Shown: positions 35,986 through 45,450, counted from the first letter of the stretch. The stretch: 62,533 bases of DNA from an uncultured Desulfurococcaceae archaeon (GCA_964636755.1 CAZWSU010000048.1:1-62533), one strand, 5' to 3'. Notes: generated by a model not told the origin, from the sequence alone. Numbers and translations are program-made.

Positions 35986-36202
35986 GTGGTTACCCGGACA
36001 CGTGGATGAAGGGAGAGCTGTGGCAGGAATCATTCTGAGCGGGCAGAGCCCCATGATATGGGCTCCGATGAAGAGGGGCCTGAGAGCTACGAAGCCAATG
36101 GCAGAGGAATCCATACAAAACAACATAAACCCCTATGATGTCCAGACCCCTTTAATCACCTCTTTTTTACCTTTAAAATGGTAACTACTTGAGGTGACCT
36201 GA

Positions 36203-39200
36203 TTGAGGAAGTCTAGATTAATTAACGCTTGCGTGTCTTTAGCTTTGTTAACTTTCTCGATTATCTCAGGTCTGTTACTCGCTATAAACGTTTCAGGAGA
36301 TTCGCCGGGACTCACTCTCGTAGCCGTAACACAGCGTAACACGGCGGGCAGCACCTCAATCTATCCCGGTAGCAGAAACGTTGAGGTTTCTGTAGAGATA
36401 AGAAACGATGTATCTTTTAGTATAAGAGGTGTTCAAGGATGTTTTAATTTGCCTGAAGGCTTCCACTTCTCAACTGGGTTCCAGTCATGCGTCCCCGCTT
36501 ACTCAGTCAACGGGTCTTGGGCTTACGAGTTCGCTCCAGGAGAGGTTTTCTTACTGAGAACCAGACTTAACGTGGATGAGTACGTCTTACCGGGTAGTTA
36601 TAGCCTAGGACTTAACGTTACTTACAGGGTCTTCGACGGATTTAACGAGACTTTAAATCACGCGGAATTCGCCGTACAAGTTAACGTGAGTGATTACCCT
36701 GTAGTAGAGCTATCCGTAATTGACGTCTGGTGGTCTTCTCAAGTCTTTCCCGGGACACAGGGCGCTACACTGAACATACGCATAAAGAATTTCGGTGATT
36801 CAGACGTGTTGAGCGGTTACGGGATCTTAACGCTTCAACCCCCTCTAATGCCTGAAGAGACCAGGATCGAAATACCTACGATTCCTGAAGGCAGTACTTA
36901 CGTTTTAGTAGTCAGCGGTGTTGACGTCCCGCCAACAGCGAATCCAGGTTCTTACGAGGGATTCATGAGAATTAACGTTACTTCCAGAACCGAGGACGGG
37001 GTTACCTACGAGCAGGAAACTAACCTGAGTTTTGCAGTGGTTGTTAACACGCCTGAAACACCGAATATAGTGGTTGTTGATAGTGGATGGAGTTACGGCG
37101 TCGCGTATGACGAAAGCCTCTCAGCAATCATTTTCGTAACACTACAGAACAGAGACTTACCGACAATAAATTCCCTTATCGCGGTACTTAAGCTCCCAAG
37201 AGGTTTCACGTCAAGAGACGGCAGAGACTACGTGATAGCAACTCTCGAGACCCCCATGAGTTACGGTAGTATCGCTACGTTAACTTTCGATAATATAGTG
37301 ATTAACGTGTCCGACTCCCCAGAAGACACTATCGTTACTGAAGTCTACCTTGAGGGCTTAGCTACTTACAGAGGGTCTGAGTTCTGGTTTAACCTCACCT
37401 TAAACGTTACCGTGACGTTAGTGTCTGAAGACGTGTTGAGGATTAGTCAAGTTGAGTGGAGTTATCAGGGGGGTACAGCCGGGGCACTCCCTTCATCGAG
37501 AGACGTAACCTTAAATATCAGATTAAGTAATTTCGGACAAGACGTCTTAACGTTGGTGAATGTACGTCCGACATTCCCGGACTTCATACAAGTTAAATCT
37601 ATTGGGGGTACTTGCTTAGCTGGGGTGCAACCAGGGAGTACCTGCGTTCTCCAATTAATAGTTGACGTGGGTTCAGAGGCGGAGCCAGGCTTCTATGACG
37701 CGACGATAGCATTAACTTACGACATTAGAGTGGGTACGTCGATCTTATACAGGACTACCGCTCTAGATTTTCAGATACTAATATCAAACCCGTATGATTA
37801 CGCGGCGAACCTAGTATTGAGCAAGGTTTGGTGGGGGGTTACAACCCCCACCACTTCCTACGGTTTAGAGAAGCTTTACCCACTACACGTGGAGCTGACG
37901 AACTTGGGTAGGTATGGGGCTAGCTACGTTTATTTAAGGGTGACCGGACATAATAACGTAACTATTATCGACGGTGAAGGTGTGTGCTCAACATATCTAG
38001 GCCCTGGGACTTCATGTAGATTAGTTCCCTACGTAAGCTTTAGTGGGGCTGAGTTCAACGAGCTAGTCTTAAGTATTGAGGTTACCTACTACATAACAAT
38101 GTATGGTTCCTACGTGCCCGTTACTACGAGCTACGTGGTTAGGGTACCGCTTAATACATATCCGCCAAGTTCTTTAGGCGGGTTGAGCTTAATTAATTTC
38201 GGGTGGGCAAACAATAATCCCGTGTATCCCGGCACACAGAACGCTACTTACGTAGTTTACCTCATAAACCACTACCCATACACGGTATCCTCTGTTTATG
38301 CTGAGTTATTGTTGCCTGAAGGTTTCTCGGCTAGTAAGGGCATTAACAGGGCTTACGTCGCGGGTCCAATACCTTCAAACCAGGTTCTCCAGCTAAGCTT
38401 CACCCTGAATGTAGGTGATGTGAAACCCGGTTGGTACGAGGGTTTCTTAAGGCTTTTCTATCTAATTAACTCAGGCGGTGAGGGGTTAGGGTTAGCTGAG
38501 GAGGTTGAGCTACCTATCTTGGTCAATGACATCGTCGCTGGTCTAGAGTTGGTGAGTACTTCATGGGTTGGGAGACCTGCGGAACCTGAGACTTACGGGA
38601 ACGTACTAGCGATAGTTATGAGGAATTCCGAATACCCGTCGATCAGAGGTCTCGTAGCTGACGTGACGTTACCTGAGGGTCTTGTTTCCTCATTAAATAA
38701 TGAGAGTAGAGTTAGAGTAGTCGCGACTTCGACACTGCCTCAAATCCCCGTGCAACAGCTTGGTAACGTGCAAGATTTGCTGAGATACTACACCCAGCTG
38801 CTAGGAACTCAAGCACCTATTCAGGTCCAGTTTAGTAAAGGAGACTTCATATACTTCACAATCCCTGTCAACGTGCTTTCCGTGAGTCCAGGCACCTACT
38901 ACGCCAACATGACCCTATCGTTCGTTGACCACTGGGACAACATTAGATCACAGAAGCTGAGGTTCCCCATAAGTATTCTAGGCTCGCCTATACTTATTCA
39001 AGTATGGAGTGAGAGCTCCTTAAACTTCAAGGATTCTAGAGAGGTCAACATGTCATTAAAGATACTTAACTTGGGCACCGCACCCGCCTACAACGTGTAT
39101 CTAGCCGTCTATCCGTATGGTAGTTACGTACTCATCCCTAAAACAAGTCCAATCTACATTAGTAGACTGGAACCCGGCATCATCACCTCGGTTAACGTGT

Positions 39201-39796
39201 CTGTTTACCTGAATCCATTGCCTTCAGCCCAGGTCCCCATCCCAATAACCTACGGTAATATACCTTTCATGGCTACGGTGATCTACACTACGTCTAACGG
39301 GTTAAGACAAGTTATTAACACCTCCTTCACCGTAAGCATCGAGCCATTCATTAAGTTCATGCTATCTGACGTTAAAGTATCGTACGCTAATGGGTTAGTG
39401 AGACTTTCCTGCACCCTAATAAACGTAGGTAACGCACAAGCACAAAGAATAACAGCTAAGCTGGTGAGCGGTGATAGAGAGGGTGAGGAAGTCTTCATAG
39501 GGGATCTAGACCCCTCCTCGCAAACTAGCTTCGCAGTCTATCTCGAAACAGGAACCTTCGTCGACACAGTTAAATTATTACTGAGTTACAGAAATCCGTA
39601 TAATGAGGTTGAGGTCTTAAGTAAAGAGTTTGGAGTAACTCCCTCGGTCGTTCAAACAACCACGACACCTCCGCAACAACCTCCTGACACACTTAGATAT
39701 GGCATAATGATTGCCGTGATAGTGTTCTTAGGCGTCGTGGCTTTCCTTCTCTACAGGTACTTGAAGACGCACCCCGTCCCTCAAGTGAGGGAGTAG
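36203..39796 (+). CDS. Giant (1197 aa) secreted, C-terminally anchored surface glycoprotein with ~9-10 CARDB / S-layer-domain-like repeats
   Basis: TTG start with GAGGTGA at 36191-36197 and an N-terminal signal/TM. A ~110-130-aa module recurs (e.g. VELSVIDVWWSSQVFPGTQGATLNIRIKNFG, LSLINFGWANNNPVYPGTQNATYVVYLINH, LELVSTSWVGRPAEPETYGNVLAIVMRN). It has more than 15 N-x-S/T sequons and a C-terminal TTTTPPQQPP linker plus TM helix. Confidence 0.75.
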   Translation: MRKSRLINACVSLALLTFSIISGLLLAINVSGDSPGLTLVAVTQRNTAGSTSIYPGSRNVEVSVEIRNDVSFSIRGVQGCFNLPEGFHFSTGFQSCVPAYSVNGSWAYEFAPGEVFLLRTRLNVDEYVLPGSYSLGLNVTYRVFDGFNETLNHAEFAVQVNVSDYPVVELSVIDVWWSSQVFPGTQGATLNIRIKNFGDSDVLSGYGILTLQPPLMPEETRIEIPTIPEGSTYVLVVSGVDVPPTANPGSYEGFMRINVTSRTEDGVTYEQETNLSFAVVVNTPETPNIVVVDSGWSYGVAYDESLSAIIFVTLQNRDLPTINSLIAVLKLPRGFTSRDGRDYVIATLETPMSYGSIATLTFDNIVINVSDSPEDTIVTEVYLEGLATYRGSEFWFNLTLNVTVTLVSEDVLRISQVEWSYQGGTAGALPSSRDVTLNIRLSNFGQDVLTLVNVRPTFPDFIQVKSIGGTCLAGVQPGSTCVLQLIVDVGSEAEPGFYDATIALTYDIRVGTSILYRTTALDFQILISNPYDYAANLVLSKVWWGVTTPTTSYGLEKLYPLHVELTNLGRYGASYVYLRVTGHNNVTIIDGEGVCSTYLGPGTSCRLVPYVSFSGAEFNELVLSIEVTYYITMYGSYVPVTTSYVVRVPLNTYPPSSLGGLSLINFGWANNNPVYPGTQNATYVVYLINHYPYTVSSVYAELLLPEGFSASKGINRAYVAGPIPSNQVLQLSFTLNVGDVKPGWYEGFLRLFYLINSGGEGLGLAEEVELPILVNDIVAGLELVSTSWVGRPAEPETYGNVLAIVMRNSEYPSIRGLVADVTLPEGLVSSLNNESRVRVVATSTLPQIPVQQLGNVQDLLRYYTQLLGTQAPIQVQFSKGDFIYFTIPVNVLSVSPGTYYANMTLSFVDHWDNIRSQKLRFPISILGSPILIQVWSESSLNFKDSREVNMSLKILNLGTAPAYNVYLAVYPYGSYVLIPKTSPIYISRLEPGIITSVNVSVYLNPLPSAQVPIPITYGNIPFMATVIYTTSNGLRQVINTSFTVSIEPFIKFMLSDVKVSYANGLVRLSCTLINVGNAQAQRITAKLVSGDREGEEVFIGDLDPSSQTSFAVYLETGTFVDTVKLLLSYRNPYNEVEVLSKEFGVTPSVVQTTTTPPQQPPDTLRYGIMIAVIVFLGVVAFLLYRYLKTHPVPQVRE

Positions 39797-39798
39797 TA

Positions 39799-41013
39799 GT
39801 GCTTAGAGACGTCTTTAGATACGCTATGAAGGTCCTGACCGAGAAGAAGTTCAGAGCCGTCTTAACGATTATAGGTATATCTATAGGGCCCCTAGCACTA
39901 GTAATGATGACCTCTACCGTGAGGGGTTACGCCAACTACGTAGAAGGAGCGATACTAGCTTTAGGTCAGAACACTGTTGTCATACTACCTTCTGAGAGGT
40001 ACAAGCTAACTAGCAGTGACTTAGACTACATAAGAAGTCTTGAAGAAGTCAGTGAGGCTGAGCCTTTCTACACCACGCAAGGCTACGTACAGACCGTTGA
40101 GGGGAGGAGAAACGTTTTCATATACGCTGTAGACTCCTCAATCCTAGTTAAAGCTATAGGTAATCTAGAGCTTGAGGAAGGTGATTTCCCTCTCGACATG
40201 GAGATTACTTACTGCGTAATAGGTCATTCAATAGCTTACTCGACCGTCTCGAATACTAGGCTTTACGAGATCGGGGACGTCATCACCGTTAACATCGTTG
40301 AGGTGTTGAGTGGAGGCAAACTTAATTTAAGGAAGATCTCACTCAGGATTAAGGGGATCCTCAAAGAATTTGGTGGCGCGGCCTTCGTCTCACCAGATCA
40401 AACAATCTTCTTGCCTTTAAGGAGCGGCCCTTCCATACTTAACATGAAGGACATGTCAGGTATTTTCATAGTAGCTAAAGACCCTTCACTCGTTGACTCA
40501 TTGACAAGGAGGATTAGGGAGACGTATCAAGACAAGGTAACTGTGGTAGCTTTTCAGCAAATAGCTAGGACTGTCGCTTCAGTCACTGCTGCTCTAGACT
40601 TCATAGTCTTCTCAGCCTCACTCTCAGCTTTCGCCGTAGCTGTAGCAGGCACCGCATCAACCATGATAACCTCAGTTATTGAGAGAACACGTGAAATAGG
40701 GGTTTTAAAAGCTCTGGGCTTCACGGACAAACAAGTAGTCATCATGATACTAGCTGAGTCAATAATAATGTCCTTAATAGGCGGTGCTATAGGTATGACG
40801 GCCGGCGTTATAGGAGCTCACATTCTTTCATCAAGAGGCCTCACTGTAACCGCCGGTAGTAGCGGGTTAATCATAGTAGCTAACCCTGAAATCACCGCTG
40901 ATTTAATATTAACCACGGTTTTAATAACTGTCGCTGTCGGCGTTGCCGGCGGGACACTACCTGCTTACAGGGCCGCTAAGATACCTCCAGCAACAGCTCT
41001 GAGGTATGAGTAG
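39799..41013 (+). CDS. FtsX/MacB-type ABC transporter permease with large extracytoplasmic domain
   Basis: TM1, then a ~230-aa external domain, then 3 C-terminal TMs with ERTREIGVLKALGF and LPAYRAAKIPPATALR motifs. The GTG start lies 2 nt after the giant gene stop. Confidence 0.85.
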   Translation: MLRDVFRYAMKVLTEKKFRAVLTIIGISIGPLALVMMTSTVRGYANYVEGAILALGQNTVVILPSERYKLTSSDLDYIRSLEEVSEAEPFYTTQGYVQTVEGRRNVFIYAVDSSILVKAIGNLELEEGDFPLDMEITYCVIGHSIAYSTVSNTRLYEIGDVITVNIVEVLSGGKLNLRKISLRIKGILKEFGGAAFVSPDQTIFLPLRSGPSILNMKDMSGIFIVAKDPSLVDSLTRRIRETYQDKVTVVAFQQIARTVASVTAALDFIVFSASLSAFAVAVAGTASTMITSVIERTREIGVLKALGFTDKQVVIMILAESIIMSLIGGAIGMTAGVIGAHILSSRGLTVTAGSSGLIIVANPEITADLILTTVLITVAVGVAGGTLPAYRAAKIPPATALRYE

Positions 41014-41080
41014 GTAGTTCATCATAAAGTGTTTTCATAAACTGAAATATCGATCTTTAGCGTGGATAAGATAGAGTTAA

Positions 41081-41992
41081 TTAGCCACGACGTTTTCTTA
41101 ACCAAATTACGTAAACAATCAGTAACGAGAAAGCTGTTAAGATTAATGCTAGTCCTAAGTTTATGATCGTTTGATTACCTCCTGGCGTTGTTTGTGTGTC
41201 AGTAGCTGTTCTCTGAGTCAGAATCTCTCCATTATCAGCTAAAATAATCACGTTCTTGTAAGGTGTTACAGCAATTACGTATGCAGGTCTAAGCGTCTCG
41301 TGTAGCATCACGTAAGACTTCGTGATTCCCTTGTACTCCGTGATGTTTAGAGTGTTCTCAAGTACTTCCCTCACTTCCTCCTCGCTTAAATTAAAGTCAG
41401 GGATCTGAGCGAGTAATTTCTTGATTGTCGGGAAGTAATTAACGAACGAGTAGATTATTATAGGCGGTGATGGATAAATAAAGTACCTAACGGTGATTGG
41501 GGCTATCGTGACGTAGGTAGGGTTTAGGAAGTAAATCGGTGTGTCATTAACCACTACCTGTCCTCCAAGAACTTCAGCTATTGAAGTAGTGCTGATGAGG
41601 TTTTTGGTGTCGCTGTACCAATCCTTAACACTTGCCTCCAACCTACTCAGCAAGGTGTTAAGAGTTGATTCGTTAATATTCCTTGAGTCAACGACCACCT
41701 CAAAGCGTATCACGTCGCAGGTTTCCTCAACGGCCTGAACTTCGACAGAAACTCCCTGAGAAACCCATTTATAAACAAGTATTTTCAAGTCCGTATAATT
41801 GAGACTAGTACTTACCACACTATAGTTGCTCAAGTTCATGTAATCACCTAATTCAGGAAAACGAGAAATTAGAACATACCTCACTGAAGAATAGCAAGTA
41901 GAACCAACACGCGGTGAGGAATACGTAATGGCTAGTAGGGAGAAGGCTATAAGAAGTAACGTGAAAACACTTAAGCCACCGTATCTACCCAC
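41081..41992 (-). CDS. Hypothetical extracellular protein with N-terminal signal/TM and C-terminal Thr-rich linker plus TM anchor
   Basis: 303 aa with many N-x-S/T sequons. The C-terminus is TDTQTTPGGNQT followed by LGLALILTAFSLLIVYVIWLRKRRG. A possible PepSY-like segment lies near the C-terminus (weak). Confidence 0.5.
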   Translation of the reverse strand: MGRYGGLSVFTLLLIAFSLLAITYSSPRVGSTCYSSVRYVLISRFPELGDYMNLSNYSVVSTSLNYTDLKILVYKWVSQGVSVEVQAVEETCDVIRFEVVVDSRNINESTLNTLLSRLEASVKDWYSDTKNLISTTSIAEVLGGQVVVNDTPIYFLNPTYVTIAPITVRYFIYPSPPIIIYSFVNYFPTIKKLLAQIPDFNLSEEEVREVLENTLNITEYKGITKSYVMLHETLRPAYVIAVTPYKNVIILADNGEILTQRTATDTQTTPGGNQTIINLGLALILTAFSLLIVYVIWLRKRRG

Positions 41993-42142
41993 TACGCATC
42001 AACTCCTATAAGTTATGGCTTCAAAGAATTAAATACGTGGACTGCTTCTCAGCGGATAGTTCCTATAATAAAGTTTTCGGGGCTAGGCATTAATTACCTC
42101 GACAGACTGTTAACTACTAGGAGGGGAACACCCTCTGCGTAA

Positions 42143-42976
42143 TCACGTAGTGCTTAGTGGATGACTATGTACGAACCCGATTAGTAAGTAATTAGTGATG
42201 GTCGGTTTCTCTATTACTACAGCGTGACCGGCGTCATTAATTATTATATAGGTTGAGTTAGTTATGTTCTTAGCTATTATCTCTGAGTATTTAGGGGGTT
42301 TAACCCTGTCTTTTTCAGCAGCTATGATTAATGTTGGTTGGCTTATATTTCTTAGTCTAGGGGTTAGTGGTTCCTCAGCCATCTTAAGAAATGATTTGAG
42401 AAGATATGCGGCACTCTTAAAATCAAATCCGCTTGAGTATATGCTCACCAATCTCTCAAATAGTTGCGGCCCCGACCTCTCTATGAAGGAGTCTGAGTAG
42501 ACGTCGTTGATCCAGGAGAGAACGAATTTTCTGGGATCATTACTTAGCGCACCCTCCAACCACCTTAAGGCAGTAATTTTTAACTCTTCATGTACTTCAC
42601 TGACAGAGGTTATTAGCGTTAAGTCGTTCACGTACTCAGGATACTTGATCGCGAAACACATCCCAACCTCACCACCGTATGAGGTCCCGATAACGTGTGC
42701 TTTCCTAACGTTGAGTTCGTCTAGGAGGTGCTTGAGGTCGTCTGCGTGGATTTCTAGACTGTAGCATTCGGCACAATCAGGTTTTCCCGAATTCCACTGG
42801 CCCCTCATGTCATGCAATATTACCCTGTAACCTCCGCTCACTAAGGACTTTAGCTGTAGGTACCAGCTCTTAGTGTTCATGAATATACCGTTAAGTAAGA
42901 CGACGGGTTCTCCGGACCCGTGATCCTCATAATAAATATCTACATCACCTATTCTCACGTAGGACATCTCAATCAC
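42143..42976 (-). CDS. Alpha/beta-fold hydrolase
   Basis: Nucleophile elbow GTSYGG and catalytic His region NDAGHAVVIEKP. It overlaps the CoA-transferase gene by 4 nt. Confidence 0.8.
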   Translation of the reverse strand: MIEMSYVRIGDVDIYYEDHGSGEPVVLLNGIFMNTKSWYLQLKSLVSGGYRVILHDMRGQWNSGKPDCAECYSLEIHADDLKHLLDELNVRKAHVIGTSYGGEVGMCFAIKYPEYVNDLTLITSVSEVHEELKITALRWLEGALSNDPRKFVLSWINDVYSDSFIERSGPQLFERLVSIYSSGFDFKSAAYLLKSFLKMAEEPLTPRLRNISQPTLIIAAEKDRVKPPKYSEIIAKNITNSTYIIINDAGHAVVIEKPTITNYLLIGFVHSHPLSTT

Positions 42977-44265
42977 TCACAACACACGTCGTTACCCTTA
43001 ATTAGTTCTTCTATTTCTTCCGTGGTATAATCAAGTAACTTATTTAGGATTAGTCTCGCGTCTTGGCCTAATCTAGGCGAGCCCCTCCAAACTCTCGGTT
43101 CTTCCCCCATCTTGAATTTAGGGACTACACCCCACCCCCTAATGTTTTTCTTAATGCTTTCGTCAAACCATTCTATGAAGTCTTTCCTAGCGTTATAGTG
43201 TGGGTCACTTAAAGCATCTCTAAGAGTGTAGACCTTGAAACAAGGCACGTTATGCTTCTTAAGAATCTCGATCACTTCGTCGGAGGTTTTCCTCGCTACC
43301 CAATCCCTCAATAATGAGTCGAAAGCCTTCCCTTTCTCTGTGTGCATTCCCGGCGCGTAGTGGACGTCCCTCCACTCACTAAAATCAATCCCGATCGCGT
43401 CACACAATCTCCTGAAGACATCGTAGCCTAAAGCACCTATAAAGACATACCCGCCATCCGACGTCTTAAATATGTCGTATGGCTGGAAGTAAATATCTTT
43501 ATTTCCCCTCCTAGTGGGCGTGTCACCGAGCTCTATTGTCTGTATCCAGAGACCACCAAAAGTATTCGCGACGGCCTCGAACTGAGCCACGTCTATAGAA
43601 ATCCCCCTGCCTGTTTTCTTAGAGTATATGTATCCAGCTAGAGCCGCTGACAACGCGTGAAGAGCCGTTAAGTAATCTCCGGTATAGGGGAACGGCTTAT
43701 ACGGGGGTGTTTCCGGGAAGCCGTTCAAGCTCATCCAACCACTGAAAGCAGCAGCTATAGCGTCGTAGGCCGGTAAACCTAAGTAATTCTCGTCCCCCCA
43801 ATGCCCGAAGCCTGAGATATGCACTATAGTTAATTCCGGGTTGATTTTATGGGCTATCTCGTCAGTTATTCCTAGCTTCTCGTACGTGCCTGGCATAGAA
43901 CTCTCCATCCATATATCGGCTTGCTTCAACAACTTAAGGAATACTTCCTTCCCGCGCTCCGACTTCAGATTTACGACTATCGAGAACATGTTGCGTCTCT
44001 CCTGAGCCCACCAAGTATTCACTTTCCTCCCTTCATGCTCTATGAAGGGTGGTGAGTACCTGTACGTGTCCCCACCCGGTCTCTCAACATGTATTACCTC
44101 AGCCCCCCAGAGCGCCGCTAGGTAAGCTGCGAAGGGTTCCGCGATTAAAATACCTGAGGAAACCACCCTCACCCCACTTAAAGGACCGAAGGATTTAGGC
44201 ATTAAGGTAGGGGCAGGCTTCCTACTACCCCTAATAATACTATTTAAAACGTCATCTGATAACAT
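42973..44265 (-). CDS. Family III CoA-transferase (CaiB/BaiF/Frc type)
   Basis: The N-terminal GVRVV..S.IIAEPFAAYLAALWGAEVIHVERPGGDTYRY pattern is typical of CaiB/BaiF enzymes. Length is 430 aa. Confidence 0.8.
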   Translation of the reverse strand: MLSDDVLNSIIRGSRKPAPTLMPKSFGPLSGVRVVSSGILIAEPFAAYLAALWGAEVIHVERPGGDTYRYSPPFIEHEGRKVNTWWAQERRNMFSIVVNLKSERGKEVFLKLLKQADIWMESSMPGTYEKLGITDEIAHKINPELTIVHISGFGHWGDENYLGLPAYDAIAAAFSGWMSLNGFPETPPYKPFPYTGDYLTALHALSAALAGYIYSKKTGRGISIDVAQFEAVANTFGGLWIQTIELGDTPTRRGNKDIYFQPYDIFKTSDGGYVFIGALGYDVFRRLCDAIGIDFSEWRDVHYAPGMHTEKGKAFDSLLRDWVARKTSDEVIEILKKHNVPCFKVYTLRDALSDPHYNARKDFIEWFDESIKKNIRGWGVVPKFKMGEEPRVWRGSPRLGQDARLILNKLLDYTTEEIEELIKGNDVCCE

Positions 44266-44375
44266 CCTTTACTCACTCCTTAAGGAATGTAGTCTAGCAC
44301 TAGATAACGTTAGTAGTTAACATTGTTAACTCTTTGATTACATCCCCATCATAAAAAGTTTCGAACACGTATTGT

Positions 44376-45365
44376 TTAGACCCACCTGAAGGCTATAGCG
44401 CCTTGCTGATAACCGACTCCGGAGGCAACTAATATGACGACCTTACCTCTCTCTACCTTACCTTGTTCTAGAGCATCGTGTAAGGCCATGTACACACATG
44501 CCGAGCCCGTGTAGCCGTATTTATCCATTACCCAATGCGTCTTGTTCTCCGGCAGGCCAAGAGACTTAGTCACGTCTAGTATGGTCTTAAGTCTTACCTG
44601 AGTGTAGATTATTTGAGTTATGTCATCTAAAGATATCTTAGCTTGCTCCATGACGTTCTTAACTAGTACTGGCCAGAACTGGTCGTTAACCGGAGGGTAA
44701 GCCCTCCTCAAGTCTAGGTAGGGGAGTGTGTCATCAACCACCTGCTCGGATATCGGTCTCCAAGCACCCATGAAGATACCCCAGTAGTCCCAGAAAGTCC
44801 CGTCAGCCCTCAACTTACTTGCTAGGTAGCCTGGTTCCTCAGACTCAGAAAGTATTACCGCGCTAGCACCGTCAGAGAATATCCACTCCCACATAAACTT
44901 CCATCTCAAGAATCTAGTCATAGCGTACGTGCCCACGAGTAACACGTTCCTATACTTAGTGTTACCTTTAATCATTGAAGTACCTAACTCAAGCATGTAC
45001 GCGGGGTTCGCGCAAGAAGCGTTCACGTCGAAAGCAGGTATCTCCTTCTTACTACCGTTGAGGAGGGCCTGAACCTTGGGCGCTGTGGGCGGTGATATCG
45101 CCTCCGGGGTGTCAGTACCCACTATTATCAAATCTATCTCATCTATAGACATCTTAGCTCTCTCTAAAGCCATTTCCGCCGCTTTAGCAGCCATTGTCGC
45201 CGGGGTTTCCTCAGGAGGAGCAATCCTCTTCACCTTAAGGCCTGTCCTCTCTATGAACGTGGGATCCACCTTAATACCCGTCTTTTTCTCAAAATCTTCG
45301 GGAGTCATTATTATCGGCGGGACATAAATACCTGTTGAAGAGATCTTAACGTGCCTCTCTCCCAT
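44376..45365 (-). CDS. KAS III (FabH)-like thiolase-fold protein with non-canonical active site
   Basis: It aligns gaplessly by eye to E. coli FabH around PAFDVNASCANPAYML (Cys112 retained). The His244 position reads Thr (IIYTQVRLK vs LVPHQANLR) and the Asn274 position reads Tyr (KYGYTGSAC vs RHGNTSAAS). Confidence 0.7.
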   Translation of the reverse strand: MGERHVKISSTGIYVPPIIMTPEDFEKKTGIKVDPTFIERTGLKVKRIAPPEETPATMAAKAAEMALERAKMSIDEIDLIIVGTDTPEAISPPTAPKVQALLNGSKKEIPAFDVNASCANPAYMLELGTSMIKGNTKYRNVLLVGTYAMTRFLRWKFMWEWIFSDGASAVILSESEEPGYLASKLRADGTFWDYWGIFMGAWRPISEQVVDDTLPYLDLRRAYPPVNDQFWPVLVKNVMEQAKISLDDITQIIYTQVRLKTILDVTKSLGLPENKTHWVMDKYGYTGSACVYMALHDALEQGKVERGKVVILVASGVGYQQGAIAFRWV

Positions 45366-45450
45366 TAACTCACCTCCAAGAATAACGATACTAAACTTAA
45401 AGTAAGTTAGCGTTAACAGAGTAAATTAAGTTCTAACTACAGCGATTATT

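Noticed and set aside
36002-36354. Track ORFs 36002..36184 (+) and 36133..36354 (-) as small proteins, and a C/D-box sRNA reading of the GAUGA/CUGA fragments in the spacer.
   Set aside because: The ORFs have no recognisable family features, and the minus one overlaps the well-supported start of the giant gene. The box spacings (8, 20 and 24 nt) do not fit the ~12-nt guide geometry of archaeal C/D sRNAs. The region is kept only as a low-interest unexplained spacer.
36203-39796. A DNA-level tandem repeat or recent internal duplication within the giant gene.
   Set aside because: The repeats are visible only as a loose protein-level pattern. I could not find extended nucleotide identity between modules, so they are ancient domain repeats rather than a repeat array.
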